64,000 nt of DNA from Octopus sinensis (GCF_006345805.1 NC_043004.1:16182001-16246000); one strand, 5' to 3'. Shown: positions 38,701-52,362, numbered from the stretch's first letter. Made by a program: numbers and translations. The notes: generated by a model from the letters alone, not told the origin.

Positions 38701-41700
38701 GTAGTTGTGGCTGTGGTGGTGGTAGTGGAGGAGGAGGAGGTGATGGTGGTGGAGGATAGATTTTTTTTATTAAACATCAAGTGTCCACGAAAACATTGGC
38801 AATGGCACAGGACGATGCTACGCAGGATTAGATTTTAAAAAAATAAGCATGCAAAAGGGAGGATAACAGTTACAAAGAAACCATAGTACCAAATAAATTT
38901 TTCTATTAGGTGCTGACTAAAGACCAAATCATGGAGAACTACGAAACCACGGCTAAAAATAACTTTCTCCCTCATGTCTGCTTACAGTATATAGCCACAT
39001 GTCAGAGCAGGCAAATGTCACTTTGACCTTTACTACCGTTCGCATCCAACTTTAAAGAGATTTTCAAGGTTGAACACTGTTCACTCTACATTTACAGACC
39101 ACTGGGTATCGAAAGATCTGTAGAACGACATGCGAATTTTCTACAAACAACATTGTAGAGGTCTGTAACAAATTGATGACTTTCCTGAAGCTACTCGCCT
39201 TTTATCTGTCTTTGTTTGACCCAGGATGGCAAGTGTGCCTAAGAAGAGCAGTGGAGAAGCGAGTGTGTCAAGTGACCACACCTGATCACCGTCAGGGAAA
39301 CACTGAAGATGTAACAGCCGCAGCTCAATCCTGTGCGTCATCAACGACGGATTTCTGCATTAATCTGCTTCTTTGGTCGAATGACTTGACAAGCAGTTTA
39401 AGTCGCCATCGTCGTCCAACATTGAAGATAATTTCTCCCTCCTTGCAAACAATCCAGAAATGTCTCCACCAAAAAGTCAAAATACATTTCGAAACCGACA
39501 AAGCTCAATGTGTATTTCTTTCCACACTGATGGTATGCCACTTCTAGCTACAAATCGTATCCTTATTTCTTAATACGCATCGTTCCACCAGCCATGCATT
39601 CTTTACGTAAATTTACTTTTTTCCCCTTTACTTTGAGGGTAGAAATATTCAAGGTTTATTCTATCAGCGAACACATAGAGCCATTGAATTTTATCTTCAT
39701 TGTTCCATTCTATTGGATATCACAGTAAATTTAACATTCTTTTTTACTACATTCTTGATAAAACTGACTGTTCCTTCTCTACTTTTTATTTTTGCTGAGG
39801 AAATTCCCTTCTATTAATAAATGCACTCATTTATTCACGTTTCACAAATTCGTTATGTGGTATCAGTTAAGAATACGAATGTACCGAGGAAATGCATTTT
39901 GCTTGCGGATGTTTGATCATTTCCTTGCCCGTTTTTATTTGATTTCCATGAATATTTTTAAAGTTCTTATCAGGCAGGTCTTACGTCTTATCTTATGCTG
40001 ACATTTCTGTTCAGTAAATGAAAGTTAAACTAAGTATGCGTTTAATTGCGTTTGATCATGTTCAAAATGATACAATGAAACTTTGGTATAATATGATGTG
40101 ATAGAAAGTTCTCTGTCCATGGTTATTGAGTCTCATGCAAACACTAGTGACCAATGCGATTAATGACATTCTTCAAGTTGCAAATTTTTAATTCAGAAAC
40201 CATTATTAAACCTTATCAATGCCCAGTGTTATACACCATTCATTGCATTAGAGGATGGATGGTATCTATGCGTGAGCGATGCGTTTGAAAAATCATCCAG
40301 AAAGAAAATTATTCCGAGAGCATTCAATACCCCATTTAGTAAAAGCTGTGCAAAGATTTGTCAGAAATATATATGCTTTCGGTGTAATATAACTATTAAC
40401 AGAGGTTAAACATTAGTAAGAGCAAAATTCAAGATCACATATTAAATGAACGCTCAAGTAATTATCAATATGAGTTAATTATATGTTTAATATAATACAA
40501 CGTAAATATGGATAATGCTAAATAGATGTTAGGTTACCGTTGGAGTTGAGATAACAGGGAACAGATAAGAATTGACTTGAAACAGAGACTCAGTCCACAT
40601 TTTTGTAAAAGTAAGGTCTGTGCTAAAGCACACACGAGTTTGATGCTAATAATGCTTAAAGTGTACCACCAAAATATATGATTCTTTATAGAGAGTGATT
40701 TGATAAATACATACTCACCTTATTGAAGAGAAGACGCATATTTGTAATAGTTGTTATATTATTACTTAAACATAGCCTTGCATGTTACTGAAATGATTGC
40801 ATTTATCTCAGAGGATTGATATTTTAACTCTAGTATTATATCATTTCAGAAAAGGATAACCAATATCAAATGCTACAAGGTATTCAATGACGCAAGTTAC
40901 TCTGTATGCCATTTTACAATCCTAAAAAGTAATATAGGTAAAAGTATATTGGAAACAAATCCTTTGAAAATCACTTGAAATTACTTTATTCGATTCCTTT
41001 TTTTAGGTATAGAATATACTCTGCTGCCTATATTCATGCTTTGTCGGTGATTTGACGTAAGTTGGTAACTAGAAATGATATTATCTACAGAATTTATATA
41101 ATGTTTCCTGAACAGGTAGTGACATTTGAAGACGGTACGTCAACCGAAACTTTTCTGAAGGCAATGATTTATATTCTCTTTGGCATATGTAACAAAATCC
41201 GTATAGCTTGCTGCTATATCTGTGACGTCATACTGAAATTTCGCTATTGTGATAGGCATTAGACTACTTCACAGCCTGCTCCAAAATATGTAAGAAATCC
41301 TATTGCGTCTTTTTGAAGATTAATGGAGTCAAGACATGTACTAAAGTTCAACGGAATCGAAAAGAAAGGTAATTCAATGTAGCAATGTTGAATGAAACCG
41401 TTGTACTGCGAAATCTAGAATCGAATGTATAAAGCGTGTTTATTTAACCACATTTTGGTAGGTGATTAGTAGATTATATCAAAGCTTACATTCTTGTATG
41501 TACATAAGTGTTTGTGTGTGAGTGCGCATTCAGTTCAGTATTTAGCAATAAATTTCAATCTTTTACTATACACTCCCATATGCATCCCTAAAAAAACAAG
41601 CAAGCTTCTCCAGCTCTCAATAAACTTTCTACCTTGTTATAAATTTCATTGTAACTTTATATAATTGTATCTAATATCTTCATCAATCTATTCAATTTGA

Positions 41701-42649
41701 TTAGCTAGATTTTCTATAAAACATTGTTGACTGTTTAACTGTTTAGTAAACCGAATGTATTTAGCATTATCCAAACGCTAATGTATAACATTATTTTTCT
41801 GATCTCGTACATACATTTTGCAGTAACTACTTCTATAAATCTTCATCCGTCAATTTATGAAGTAAACAATGAAAACTGTGAAACAGTCGAAACTAAAAAC
41901 AGCAGCTATTACATCAGACCATTTATGATGTAAGGCATTTAGAGAGATTCTTTTTTTTTTTAATTCACGTAGATGGATATTATTTGGACATATCTGTAAA
42001 GTATTAAGCATACACCCACAATTATTGTCTCAAAAGGAAATAAAACATTCTACATTAACCACATATTAGAGAAAATGAAATGAATTTCTTTAGTATACTA
42101 GGAGATATATTCCGTTTCATTATCACATGATGATATGTTCAGAAATCCTTACGTATGCTTATTCCTTATATTTTATTTTCTTATGCCAACAAAAATTTAG
42201 ATAAATAAGTCTTGGTAGTATCTTTGATGATATATAAAGAGAAAAAGAAATATCATAGACAGCATGAAATGATTACCTTAACATTACTTCCGCTACTTAA
42301 CGAAGCAGTGAGGAATTAACTATGTACACGGCGCACTGCTATTATTATTACACGAGACTCAACGTTCGATATCAAAAGCTCAGGGTGGACTATTCCATCG
42401 AAACTGCCAATCGCTCACAGTTCTTCATTTTATAACAATGAGTCAGTCCACTTTTAGTCGCTTGGATATGGTTGGAATCCTTCCACATCATCTATTTTTA
42501 GAATCAGTCTCCTCTATCATCTTCCCTTTTGAAAATTGAACTCCGCTCCGAGTTTTAATATCTCTCACACTTAGGGGTCAATTCCAGAGTATCCTTTCTT
42601 TTCATTTTTCTGTAGTTCCAAATTATTTGGGTCTTTATAGCATTTATTG

Positions 42650-42830
42650 ACTACTCTAATTTGTAGGTACGCGTCAGAGGGATCCGATTTAGAAAATATA
42701 TTGCCACCATTTAATTTCACAAAAATATACTCCGGAGAAAGTAGCAGATAGTGGCACGTTTGAAGACATTCGTTTAAACCAGTGGAAAAATCAACACACA
42801 TTTTGATTTTATTATTCTTATACATGTAGT
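42650..42830 (-). mobile_element. Gypsy/Ty3 RT fragment
   Basis: KIKMCVDFSTGLN...HYLLLSPEYIFVKLNGGNIFSKSDPSDAYLQI resembles Gypsy RT motifs 1-3. Confidence 0.75.
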
Positions 42831-43084
42831 TGACATGTACGAGAAACAGGCAATAATATTCCCTACGTTATAGTGCAGCTAATATTATTTCATGTATATA
42901 GTATCATAAAAGTGGCATGTCAACGAACTACGAAAAATATCCGGTAAGCCATTAATCCAAGGTTAATGTCGACTAGTCAATAGGAAAACGTTTAAAACGA
43001 AATGTGTCGATTATATCTACAAAATACATTATGAGTGTGTGCTATGCATGTATAAATATGTATTTTACGTGTAGGGGGCTTTTA

Positions 43085-43205
43085 TGTATGAACCTCCGTT
43101 CAAAACGTTAAATCCTCCTTCTTTCTTTCCTTTCCTGAGCGTCCAATAACACTATACTTGTTACACGTCCTCGTGTTGTTGTGTTTTCATGTTTGGATTA
43201 ATTAT
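43085..43205 (+). mobile_element. Second copy of the 1680-1963 PLE-terminus family, HHR core lost
   Basis: CTCCGTTCAAAACGTTAAA...TTTCCTGAGCG...GTTTGGATTAATTATATA. Confidence 0.55.
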
Positions 43206-43504
43206 ATATATATATTAAATTAGATAGAGAGATAGACGAAGAAATATATTGATATATAGATAGATGCATGCATACATACGTGCATATATATATATATATA
43301 CATACGTACATACATGCATACATACATTTGCTTTTATATGCTCGAGAAGCAGGTCCACCCTTTTTCGACGTCTACGAAATTTAAAGCGTTATCAGCACAT
43401 AACCATCTACTTTAAACTGACACTCAATGAATAGAACACCAACTAAATGTGAAGAACACTACGTCCGTTATATATACATAGAAAGTCATACACAATGCAC
43501 ACAA

Positions 43505-43545
<41 letters not shown>

Positions 43546-44828
43546 AACACACACATATACATGTGAGATTAAGTGTATTCAAATGTTTAATATTGTTTTG
43601 TGTGTAATGGAAACTACTGCATTATATATCGATTATTTATATACCTACGCAAATATGTATGTATCAAATAGTCCTTAGCATAGATATATTTGTATGTAGA
43701 CAAACGTTTACAGCGCGTCATATAATTCCTAGTTATTAATATTGGTGTTTCGTTGCAATTTTGCACTGCGTTAATTAAGCTTATTACTTGCTACGCCAGT
43801 AAGAGAATATTAATCAAATTCTACTTTGTGCTTATTGCATTTCAAATTGAAGCGTTATTAAGTAATATTATTACAGGATATTGCAGAAAAATAATGTGCC
43901 ATGAATGATGTTTCATATGAATATATGTATTTGCATTTAAGCCTACGCAGTAAATTCAACAAGGTAACAACTACTAAATTCGATACTGGTTTCAGTTCTT
44001 TGTGGGATATATTGTGCTTTAGTTACTGTTTCCTATGTTTTGAATGTTCAAATATCCATTCCCCTCCAAAGAAATAAGCCACAATATATACATTAATTTT
44101 CTTTGAAATTGTTATGTAATATTACGTTAGCTGCAGTTTCAATTGGAAATAATTTGTAATTAATTATGTAACAAAGAGTAAAATATAATCGCGCACATCA
44201 ATATTTAACACATTCGTGTACACTCTGACTTGGGAAGACCTTTCGATGCAGTAATAGTATCGAGAGAAAATCTTTGTGAAACGTAAAATGCAATGAAACA
44301 CATTGCAGTATGCATGCCGTCATCGTATTGTAGTTTGTATCCAATTTTGTGCCATTGCATATCGTTAGGTATGAATACCAAAATTGTTTTTTACAGCCGC
44401 TTATAAGAACTAAAATGATATCTATTATTAAGTTTAAATATTGGAACGTAATTTACAAGAGGACCATAAGTAGATGATGAGAGAAAGTTTGGTATATGAA
44501 TCTGTAGGTTTTGTTTATTCGCTCATAGTCTTTTAGTAATGTATAAACGTGTCCACTTTCGATCGTGTACCTCCTTGAAGGCTTCAGTTTTTCAAACATC
44601 TCTTTTTTTCATTTCTTTCTCATTCAAAATACAGCGTCTACCGTTTTTAATTAACAACATACTCAATAATCATTTCTTACCCAGCAATGATATCATTTTA
44701 TATCGCTGTTGCAGTTTCAGTATATTCTTCACTCAACCTACAATTAAGCACTTATTTTCTTTATTTGAACAAGTAACAGATTTGAATTATGAATCTCGTT
44801 TTCTGAAATATTAGAAATACACCGATTA

Positions 44829-45037
44829 TGACGGGTGTGCAGAGAGGTTCGTGGTTTTAAGTGTAGCGCGAAAGGCCTAAGTGGAGGCCCAGGCTTTCCA
44901 GTTCTTTTTTTTTTTAGAAAAACGGAAGGATGGCTGCAATAAGTTTGTGCATCTGAGAGGGGAATATGTTGAATAAAATCATAATTAACTGATCCTCCTA
45001 TATTTTCTTTTACCAGGAATGTTTAAGCACCCTCTTG
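44829..45037 (+). mobile_element. Internally deleted mariner derivative (copy of 8976-9180)
   Basis: Shared GCTGCAATAAG..GAATATGTTGAATAAAATCATAATTAACTGATCC segment and degenerate TIRs. Confidence 0.65.
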
Positions 45038-45593
45038 TACACGCACTTAGTTTCATAAGTTCATTACTGTTGTTGTTGCTCTTATTGGTAATATTCTAAA
45101 TTCTTTACATCTTCTCTTGCTAGAAATTTATTTGTCATCTTCAGAAAGAGACTTTGATTTGAGTGAGTGCTTATTTTTAGCCGCTCTTAAGGGATAACAC
45201 CATTAAAGCACGCAATTTAGAGAAAGAAAAATATGTATTTTATATATAACTTGGTGATGAATGCACATGAATTGTAGAGGTACAAAATGAATTAAATTAT
45301 GTGGGAAACCTCGCGTACTTATATTGAGAGGTATTCATGCAGTATGTGTACAGTGCTGGTGATTTCTGTTCCAAATTCCAGATAATCATGATTTCTCTAA
45401 AATATTGCACAGAACTAACAAAGCATATTATCTTTCCCTTTACATTACTAAGTCTTTACATCTACTTAGTTTTCGAACACAACCACTAAGTTTTTAGGTG
45501 ACGGAAATGTCATGAATCTATTTATCTCTCCTATCCATGACGCATATATCGTCTCAGTTTGCTGGAAATATTTTGTCTTTGCTAATTCGGATA

Positions 45594-46088
45594 CCGTAAA
45601 TCCTCGAATTTAGTCTGCTCTTGAGTATAATACGCAGGGGGTTTTAGGGAGCTGTACCTCTGAAAAACCTAAAGCTTGTGTATAATACGCACCCCTTCTC
45701 TAACTTGAGTTAAGGAGGTCTATATAACGTCCTTGGTTTGTAAAAATGTATACAGTAACATCCTTTATTATTATTGTATATATAACATAATGCAAACGTG
45801 TAGCTCTTTCGTGTATTTTGTTTGCAAAAAATAAAGAAATAACAATAATAGCGTTTAATAAATGTTGCTTACTGCATGTTATGGATGATTCTTTTATGAC
45901 TTCATTGCTCTCTGGCTTAGCTCAAGCTATCACAAAATGCGTCTGAATAAACATTGCCGGACAGCAAATAGAGACTCGGACATTGCATAAAAAATAATTT
46001 TCATTTTTAACCTCATATATAGTACGAACTATGGATTTTCACCTTTAAATGTTGGGGGAAAATGCTGAATATACTCGAGGATTTACGG
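45594..46088. mobile_element. Tc1/mariner-pogo-type MITE with TA TSD
   Basis: TA|CCGTAAATCCTCGA ... TCGAGGATTTACGG|TA. Confidence 0.85.
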
Positions 46089-46199
46089 TAATTAAAAGTA
46101 TTAATACATTATCTCCTTCTATACGTTGCTTCAGGCGGTGTTGTTTTGTGATTGTTGATACTGTTTCTTAGAATGTAGGCAGTACGTATGAGAACAATA

Positions 46200-46830
46200 T
46201 TTTGTAGTCTTCATACCTTGAGGTCTTCTAGAATTTAGCCATATTGTTTAGGAGCGCCATTGTTATTGTCCTCGAAGCTCCAGTAATCCAGTCACTCTTA
46301 GATGGCACATTTGTGCAACCTCAATACCATGTTACTTTTAATTGATTAACTTTTGAACTATTTTTTAGAGAAGTGTTGGAACCCGCAGGATTGACATATC
46401 AATGTGTCTATCTACTTTTTCAATGATTTTTACAACACTAATGTATTGACCTCAATTTGAATACTTATCGGTAGTTTTATGTTCTCACCTGTCTTTCTCA
46501 TATGGGAATCCAAATTCATGACATATGATCCAGTGCAAATACTGACCAAGGCTGTCACGGAGAGTAATATATTCATTTGAGCTTAACACAAAGCATTCAG
46601 AGCTCAGGCGCTGAATGTTTTTTTTTTCTTCTACTACAAACACTTTGGTATGATCAGCACCATTTTATGAACGTTCATATTTTCTGATGGGTAGTTTCTG
46701 ATCCTGAGCTGCCATAATGAAGTTCTCTGTTTCTGATTCAAGTCATGTTGCAAGCAACTACCGATATATCAACACCTGGCTCGTTGACCCTTGTGGGCTA
46801 GTTACCAAGTAATACCCAAATTTCCCGTCT
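46200..46830 (-). mobile_element. Older R4/Dong-like LINE remnant
   Basis: SETENFIMAAQDQKLP and EYITLRDSLGQYLHWIICHEF motifs on the minus strand. Confidence 0.65.
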
Positions 46831-47274
46831 ATCACATTTGTTATAAATTTCATCTTCATCATCACGACCATCATCATCATTGTTAATTACTATTTATGAC
46901 TCTTTCATCTCTCAAGAATAAATAGGTTTAATTAATCATTTATTTAATCAATTCTATGATTTAGCATATTCTAATTACATATCCGTTGCACATCTTCAAT
47001 AATTAATAATTTTTACTCAAGAAATGTTTAACCGTCTCCATGTCAAATATGTCGTCAACCTCATCCGCCCATCACCCACCCAGACTCTACGAATTCCCAT
47101 CTTATCTATCGTATCCTATTTTTCCCTTCGTAACAGGCAATGTAGCATATATTCGCTTTGTAACCTGTTAGTGTTGCATCCCACATATACCCCTCCTTCC
47201 ACTTATGAACCCTGCCATAAAACTGTATTATATCTTTTAACGATAGATATATTCCTTTCTGCTAAAGGTACAAA

Positions 47275-47987
47275 GTACTTAAATTATCGACCCCGAAAGG
47301 ATGAAAGGCGAAGTTGACCTCGGCGGAATTTGAACTCGAAAAGTAGCAACGGGCGAAATACCGATAAACATTTTGTCCAGGGGGCTAACAATTCTGCCAG
47401 CGAGCCGCCTTTAAAGTGAAAAAGACAATTAATCTTTTCTACTTTAGGCACATGGCCCGAAACTTTTGGGGAGGGGGCCAGTACGCAAATGGTACTTAAT
47501 TTATCGACCCCGAAAGGATGAAAGGTAAAGTCGACCCAGGTAGAATTTGAACTCAGAAAGTAAAGGCAGACGCAATACTTATTTCTTTACTGCCCACAAG
47601 GGGATAAACACCGAGAGAACAAACAAGGACAGTCACACGGATTAAGTCGATTATATCGATCCCAGTGCGTAACTGGTATTTAATTTATCAACCCCGAAGG
47701 GATGAAAGGCAAATTCGACCTCGGCGGAATTTGAACGTAGCGGCAGACGAAATACCTATTTCTTTATTACCCACAAGGGGCTAAACATAGAGGGGACAAA
47801 CAAGGACAGACATAGGTATTAAGTCGATTACATCGACCCCAGTGCGTAACTGGTACTTAATTTATCGACCCCGAAAGGATGAAAGGCAAAGTCAACCTCG
47901 GCGGAATTTGAACTCACAACGTAACGCAGACGAAATACCGCTAAGCATTTCGCCCGGCATGCTAATGTTTCTGCCAATCGCCGCCTT
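47275..47987 (-). mobile_element. Two adjacent SINEs; the second has ~3 internal tandem units
   Basis: Repeated ATCGACCCCGAAAGGATGAAAGGCAAAGTC..CCTCGGCGGAATTTGAAC units; tRNA heads near 47400 and 47975. Confidence 0.85.
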
Positions 47988-48967
47988 ATAACGATAGATA
48001 TAATACCATTACTCTGTAAAATATCATTGCCTACATATGTAAATTTTTCTGTCAGTATTATTGTATTCATTCCAACAGTATTTCATGCTGTGGAGGGTAT
48101 AAAGTTTAAAAGCCAGAGGGTTTATTTTTCTTCACCGAACAGATTTAATTACCACTCATGCATTTGTTAAATATATTCTTAAATATATCTCGTTCTGAAC
48201 CGTGGCATACTCGCGACTCTTCATTAACCAAGAGGAGATGGATGCTTCAGTAAAGGAGTTCTTCGCCTGGAAGGATAAATACTGGCTTAAGACGGTGCAA
48301 TACGATTATCTCTACTTTGACTGCTAGGCTGCTTTTGTAAGTTGAAGAATGACGCAAATGAATAAGTTACCATAATATTGCAAAACTTTTGACTCAACAC
48401 CATATGGACTTACATTTGTTATAGTTATGTGTGTGTGAGGTGAAAAATCATGACATTTGCATCAGTTTCCATACCTTAAAGTATATACAAAGGTTAATTG
48501 GCATATTGTAAAGCACAGTAAGCGACAAGACCAGTGACGGCTAGTAGATAAAATTAGTGGGCGTACTGCTTCAGAAAATTTTAAGCCGTTGTTTTAATAT
48601 TGTGTAAAAGGAAACAAACATATAAAAAAATTATACATAAACTTGATCTGTTCACTGCCGGGTAGTGTGTTTAATTTGTTCATTGAACACTGCCGCGAAC
48701 TACCCCTTATTTCTAAAATTCCCACCTAAATTCGATAATAAGGTGGGGGGAGGAATCTACCCTATTTTTCAAATCCTGGCAGCAACACTGTAACTGGAAA
48801 CAGGATAATAATCTAATTCTACATTTTATCACATTCAAGAATATAAACAAGTTTCTAAGTCCAACCTACACGGGATCGAGAAAAAATCACTACCTTCACC
48901 AACACACAAGACTCGGCTCTGCATGAACGACAGTGATATCTTTCCCTAACGTGCAGCTTCCTATCTC

Positions 48968-49012
<45 letters not shown>

Positions 49013-49070
49013 ATAAGAAATATTGAATTTCTAAATCTCTCGTAGAGACATGTACGGTGGTGGGGCGATA

Positions 49071-49481
49071 GAATGGTTGTATACTGTCAATCTAACAAGA
49101 ACGTGACAGTAGGGGGTACACCACCGTTGTATAGCCCTAGGAGGCATCGAACGCCGCCTGACAGCTTCGACACATTTTTTCCCTGTGTCCTATTATACAT
49201 ATACGAAGGGGAGACAAACACCCCCGGCCGTCGGAACTGCATCTAGGGACACCGTGTTTCAGGATCATTGTCCTTCATCGGCCTAGAGTAGCAGACACCG
49301 GTCGGCTGGTGATATTTGCCTAGACTTCGTATCTGTATATATGTATCGTATATGTATATAAGGACACAGGGAAAAAATGTGTCGAAGCTGTCAGGGGGCG
49401 TTCGATGCCTCCTAGGGCTATACAACAGTGGTGTACCCCCTACTGTCACGTTCTTGTTAGATTGACAGTATACAACCATTC
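49071..49481. repeat. Near-perfect 136-bp inverted repeat with 139-bp GC-rich spacer
   Basis: Arms 49071-49206 and 49346-49481 differ at only a few positions; TA on both outer flanks. Confidence 0.95.
49237..49294 (-). ncRNA. Type-I hammerhead, U4C variant, palindromic stem III
   Basis: CUGC UAC UCUAGG CCGAUGA AGGA CAAUGA UCCU GAA ACACGGUGU C CCUAGA U GCAG; predicted cleavage after GUC at 49248. Confidence 0.7.
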
Positions 49482-49506
49482 TATATATATTTTATTTTAT
49501 AGAAAG

Positions 49507-49557
49507 AGCTTCTACAGGACTAGAACTGTTTCATTCAGATGAAATCTTCAGGAAGCT
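49507..49557 (-). ncRNA. Type-I hammerhead, canonical CUGAAGA/GAAA core
   Basis: AGCUUC CUGAAGA U UUC AUCU GAA U GAA ACAG UUCUAGUC CUGU A GAAGCU; 6-bp stem I, 4-bp stem III; weak stem II opened by U-U; predicted cleavage at 49513. Confidence 0.7.
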
Positions 49558-49986
49558 GGCTGTCAAAATAAGTTCTGGTATTTATGCATTTAGGCAGATT
49601 TAATGGAGTAGTGGTGGCAGGGGGGACGTTTTTTGGGTAGGTTGGTATTTAGGAGATAAACAGGGCACAAGCTATTGTTCTTAGGGGAGTGGTCAAAAGG
49701 CCAGAGTGTTTTTTTTGAAATGAGAAGAATCAGTGAGAAAATAAATAAATGAATAAATAGAATAAATGAATAGAAACCCCAAGAATAGTATTTCATCAGA
49801 TATATGGGATGGGATTTTAGGTAAATTAGAAGACAATTGCTTGTTGGTGGTCAAGAAGAGGTAGGCAGTTTGTTATTGTTAGGTGGAGGGAATAAATAGA
49901 TAAATATACATGAAAAAACATAAAAAAATATAAAATAAATATACATACAAACACACATACATACACATGCGAATATACATGTATAT

Positions 49987-50029
<43 letters not shown>

Positions 50030-50451
50030 TATATATATATACTGTTACTGTATATCTCTCGCTCAGTGATTTGAAACAAGTTGAGATTATATATATACGA
50101 GATCAGCGATTGTGTGTGGCTTATCTGCCAGTGGAGGGAGCCTTCGTCACTAGCTTGTGGTTGTCTCACATTGAGGACGGATAACATTCAGAAACCTAGG
50201 TCTGAGAGTGTCACGTAAGGCTAGAGTCGGGAAAGATGACCTCTCTGGCAAATGCTATAGGGGCACAAATTGTATGTCGATAGGCAGCTGGAAAAAGAAC
50301 AGTAACATTGTCCTTTATAGAACTGATACATTCCGTTGCCACACAAATATTACTATCCGGTACTGTTAAAGTTTATCACTCGCTCAGAGACTTAAAATAA
50401 ACAAGTTGTTTTTCTCGCTCTCCCTTCCCTCTCTTTGTCTATATATATACA

Positions 50452-50988
50452 TACTAGCAGCTAAGCCCGGTTTCACTCGGTCTGTTTGGATGATGTGACT
50501 GTGATCGTTTTCGGTTAGGCATAATCTATAACAGCGTTTATCAACCTTATCATTTCGGTTCCCCTGTTTCGATTGGAGCCTCCAGCTGTATGAAAATTTC
50601 CTGACTCCTCCACTTTGTCAAAAAACAGCTTCTGGAGTTGAGAAGAACGAATGTGTACGTCGTCTGTTTCTGAGAGCTATTCTACTGGACCTCTGTTTAA
50701 TCAATAAAACATTGATTTAATTATGAACATAGAAAGAAATTATACATCAATCCCTATTTTCGTAGCAGCTGTATCCGTAAAATTATTTAATGGCCGAACG
50801 AAAAGGGGAATTCCATTAGAAAAGTTTTGATCGATTTCCTCGGTAACTATGGGAGCTAGGGAAAAAGTACAAACCGCATTCCAATCAATGTACCCGTCTC
50901 CACATGAGTGTCATTTTTTACGTGAATCCACCCAGCCGTTTGGCTGGGAACCTCAAGACAAGAAAGAATACAACGATCGCCCATGTCC

Positions 50989-50990
<2 letters not shown>
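50452..50990 (+). mobile_element. Second non-autonomous Helitron/Helentron-like element
   Basis: Starts TACTAGCAGCTAAGCCCGGTTTCACTCGG; subterminal hairpin CCCAGCCGTTTGGCTGGG; ends in (TA)n. Confidence 0.55.
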
Positions 50991-51048
<58 letters not shown>

Positions 51049-51635
51049 GGCAGTTTTATGCAGTACGATCATTTATGAAATGGATCTCACAAGCTATGTT
51101 TTGACAACATGCTTCTGTTTGACACGAACTCATGTTGATATACAGTGGTGGCAATCGACTATATGCATTCTATTTGTATCTATGAATATGCTTTGAACCC
51201 ATCAATATCTATAAAACTGAAATGCGACAAGTTTGTCTCATTTTCGGAACTCGAACCGCTAAACCCGCTTACCTTTATATATATATAGACATACATAAGC
51301 ATAAATAATACATAAGAACAAGTATACATACGTGTATGGACGATTTCTTCTTTGTTGTCGTCATAGTTGTCAAAATAGAAGACTTGCATAATATCTTGTC
51401 TCAAACTCACCGGTATCTTTTATGAGTTTTTCTTTCTCATTGAAAGTTATTTATATTAGGTTTCAAATTAAGAATTTGACTATTGCCTCAGGCAACGTCG
51501 TGTTCATGTTTGTATTCAAACAGCATGATAAACGTATGGAAATAATTATAGTTATATATGCAGATCTGTGTTTCACCGTTTGCATATATGGGTACATATA
51601 TACGTGGGTGTCTGTGTGTGTATGTACGTATGTAT

Positions 51636-51688
<53 letters not shown>

Positions 51689-51929
51689 AAAACTTACAAA
51701 CATACAGAAAGAAATGGAATAATTATAACTGTATTTACAGACGCACAGAAATAGAACAAATGAATTCTTGGAAAATTCACAATATTTCGAACAAAAGTTA
51801 TAAAACGTAATTTATTTATTCTTTAATTAAATCTTTATGTAAAGTAAGTTTTAGTGAAATATTTATGTAAATCATGATTTAAAGATTCTTTAATATGATT
51901 CTTAATTTTTAGATAGCACATTTTCTTCT

Positions 51930-52200
<271 letters not shown>

Positions 52201-52362
52201 TTAATAATATTGATAATAATAATAATAATAAGAAGAAGAAGAAGAAAAGAATAGAGAATATGATTCCAAACTTACAGGGTAAAATTCAATTTAGTAATAC
52301 TAAATCAAATTTCACAATATATAATATATGTATTTAAATTAGAGAAAAACCACCATGTTCTT

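Noticed and set aside
42379-42410. CTCAGGG TGGA CTAT TCCA TC GAAAC
   Set aside because: Possible ancient HHR, but the core and stems I and III are too degenerate to call
47435-47987. CRISPR-like or tRNA-gene calls from regular repeats and A/B boxes
   Set aside because: Units are SINE internal duplications without unique spacers; heads lack a full cloverleaf
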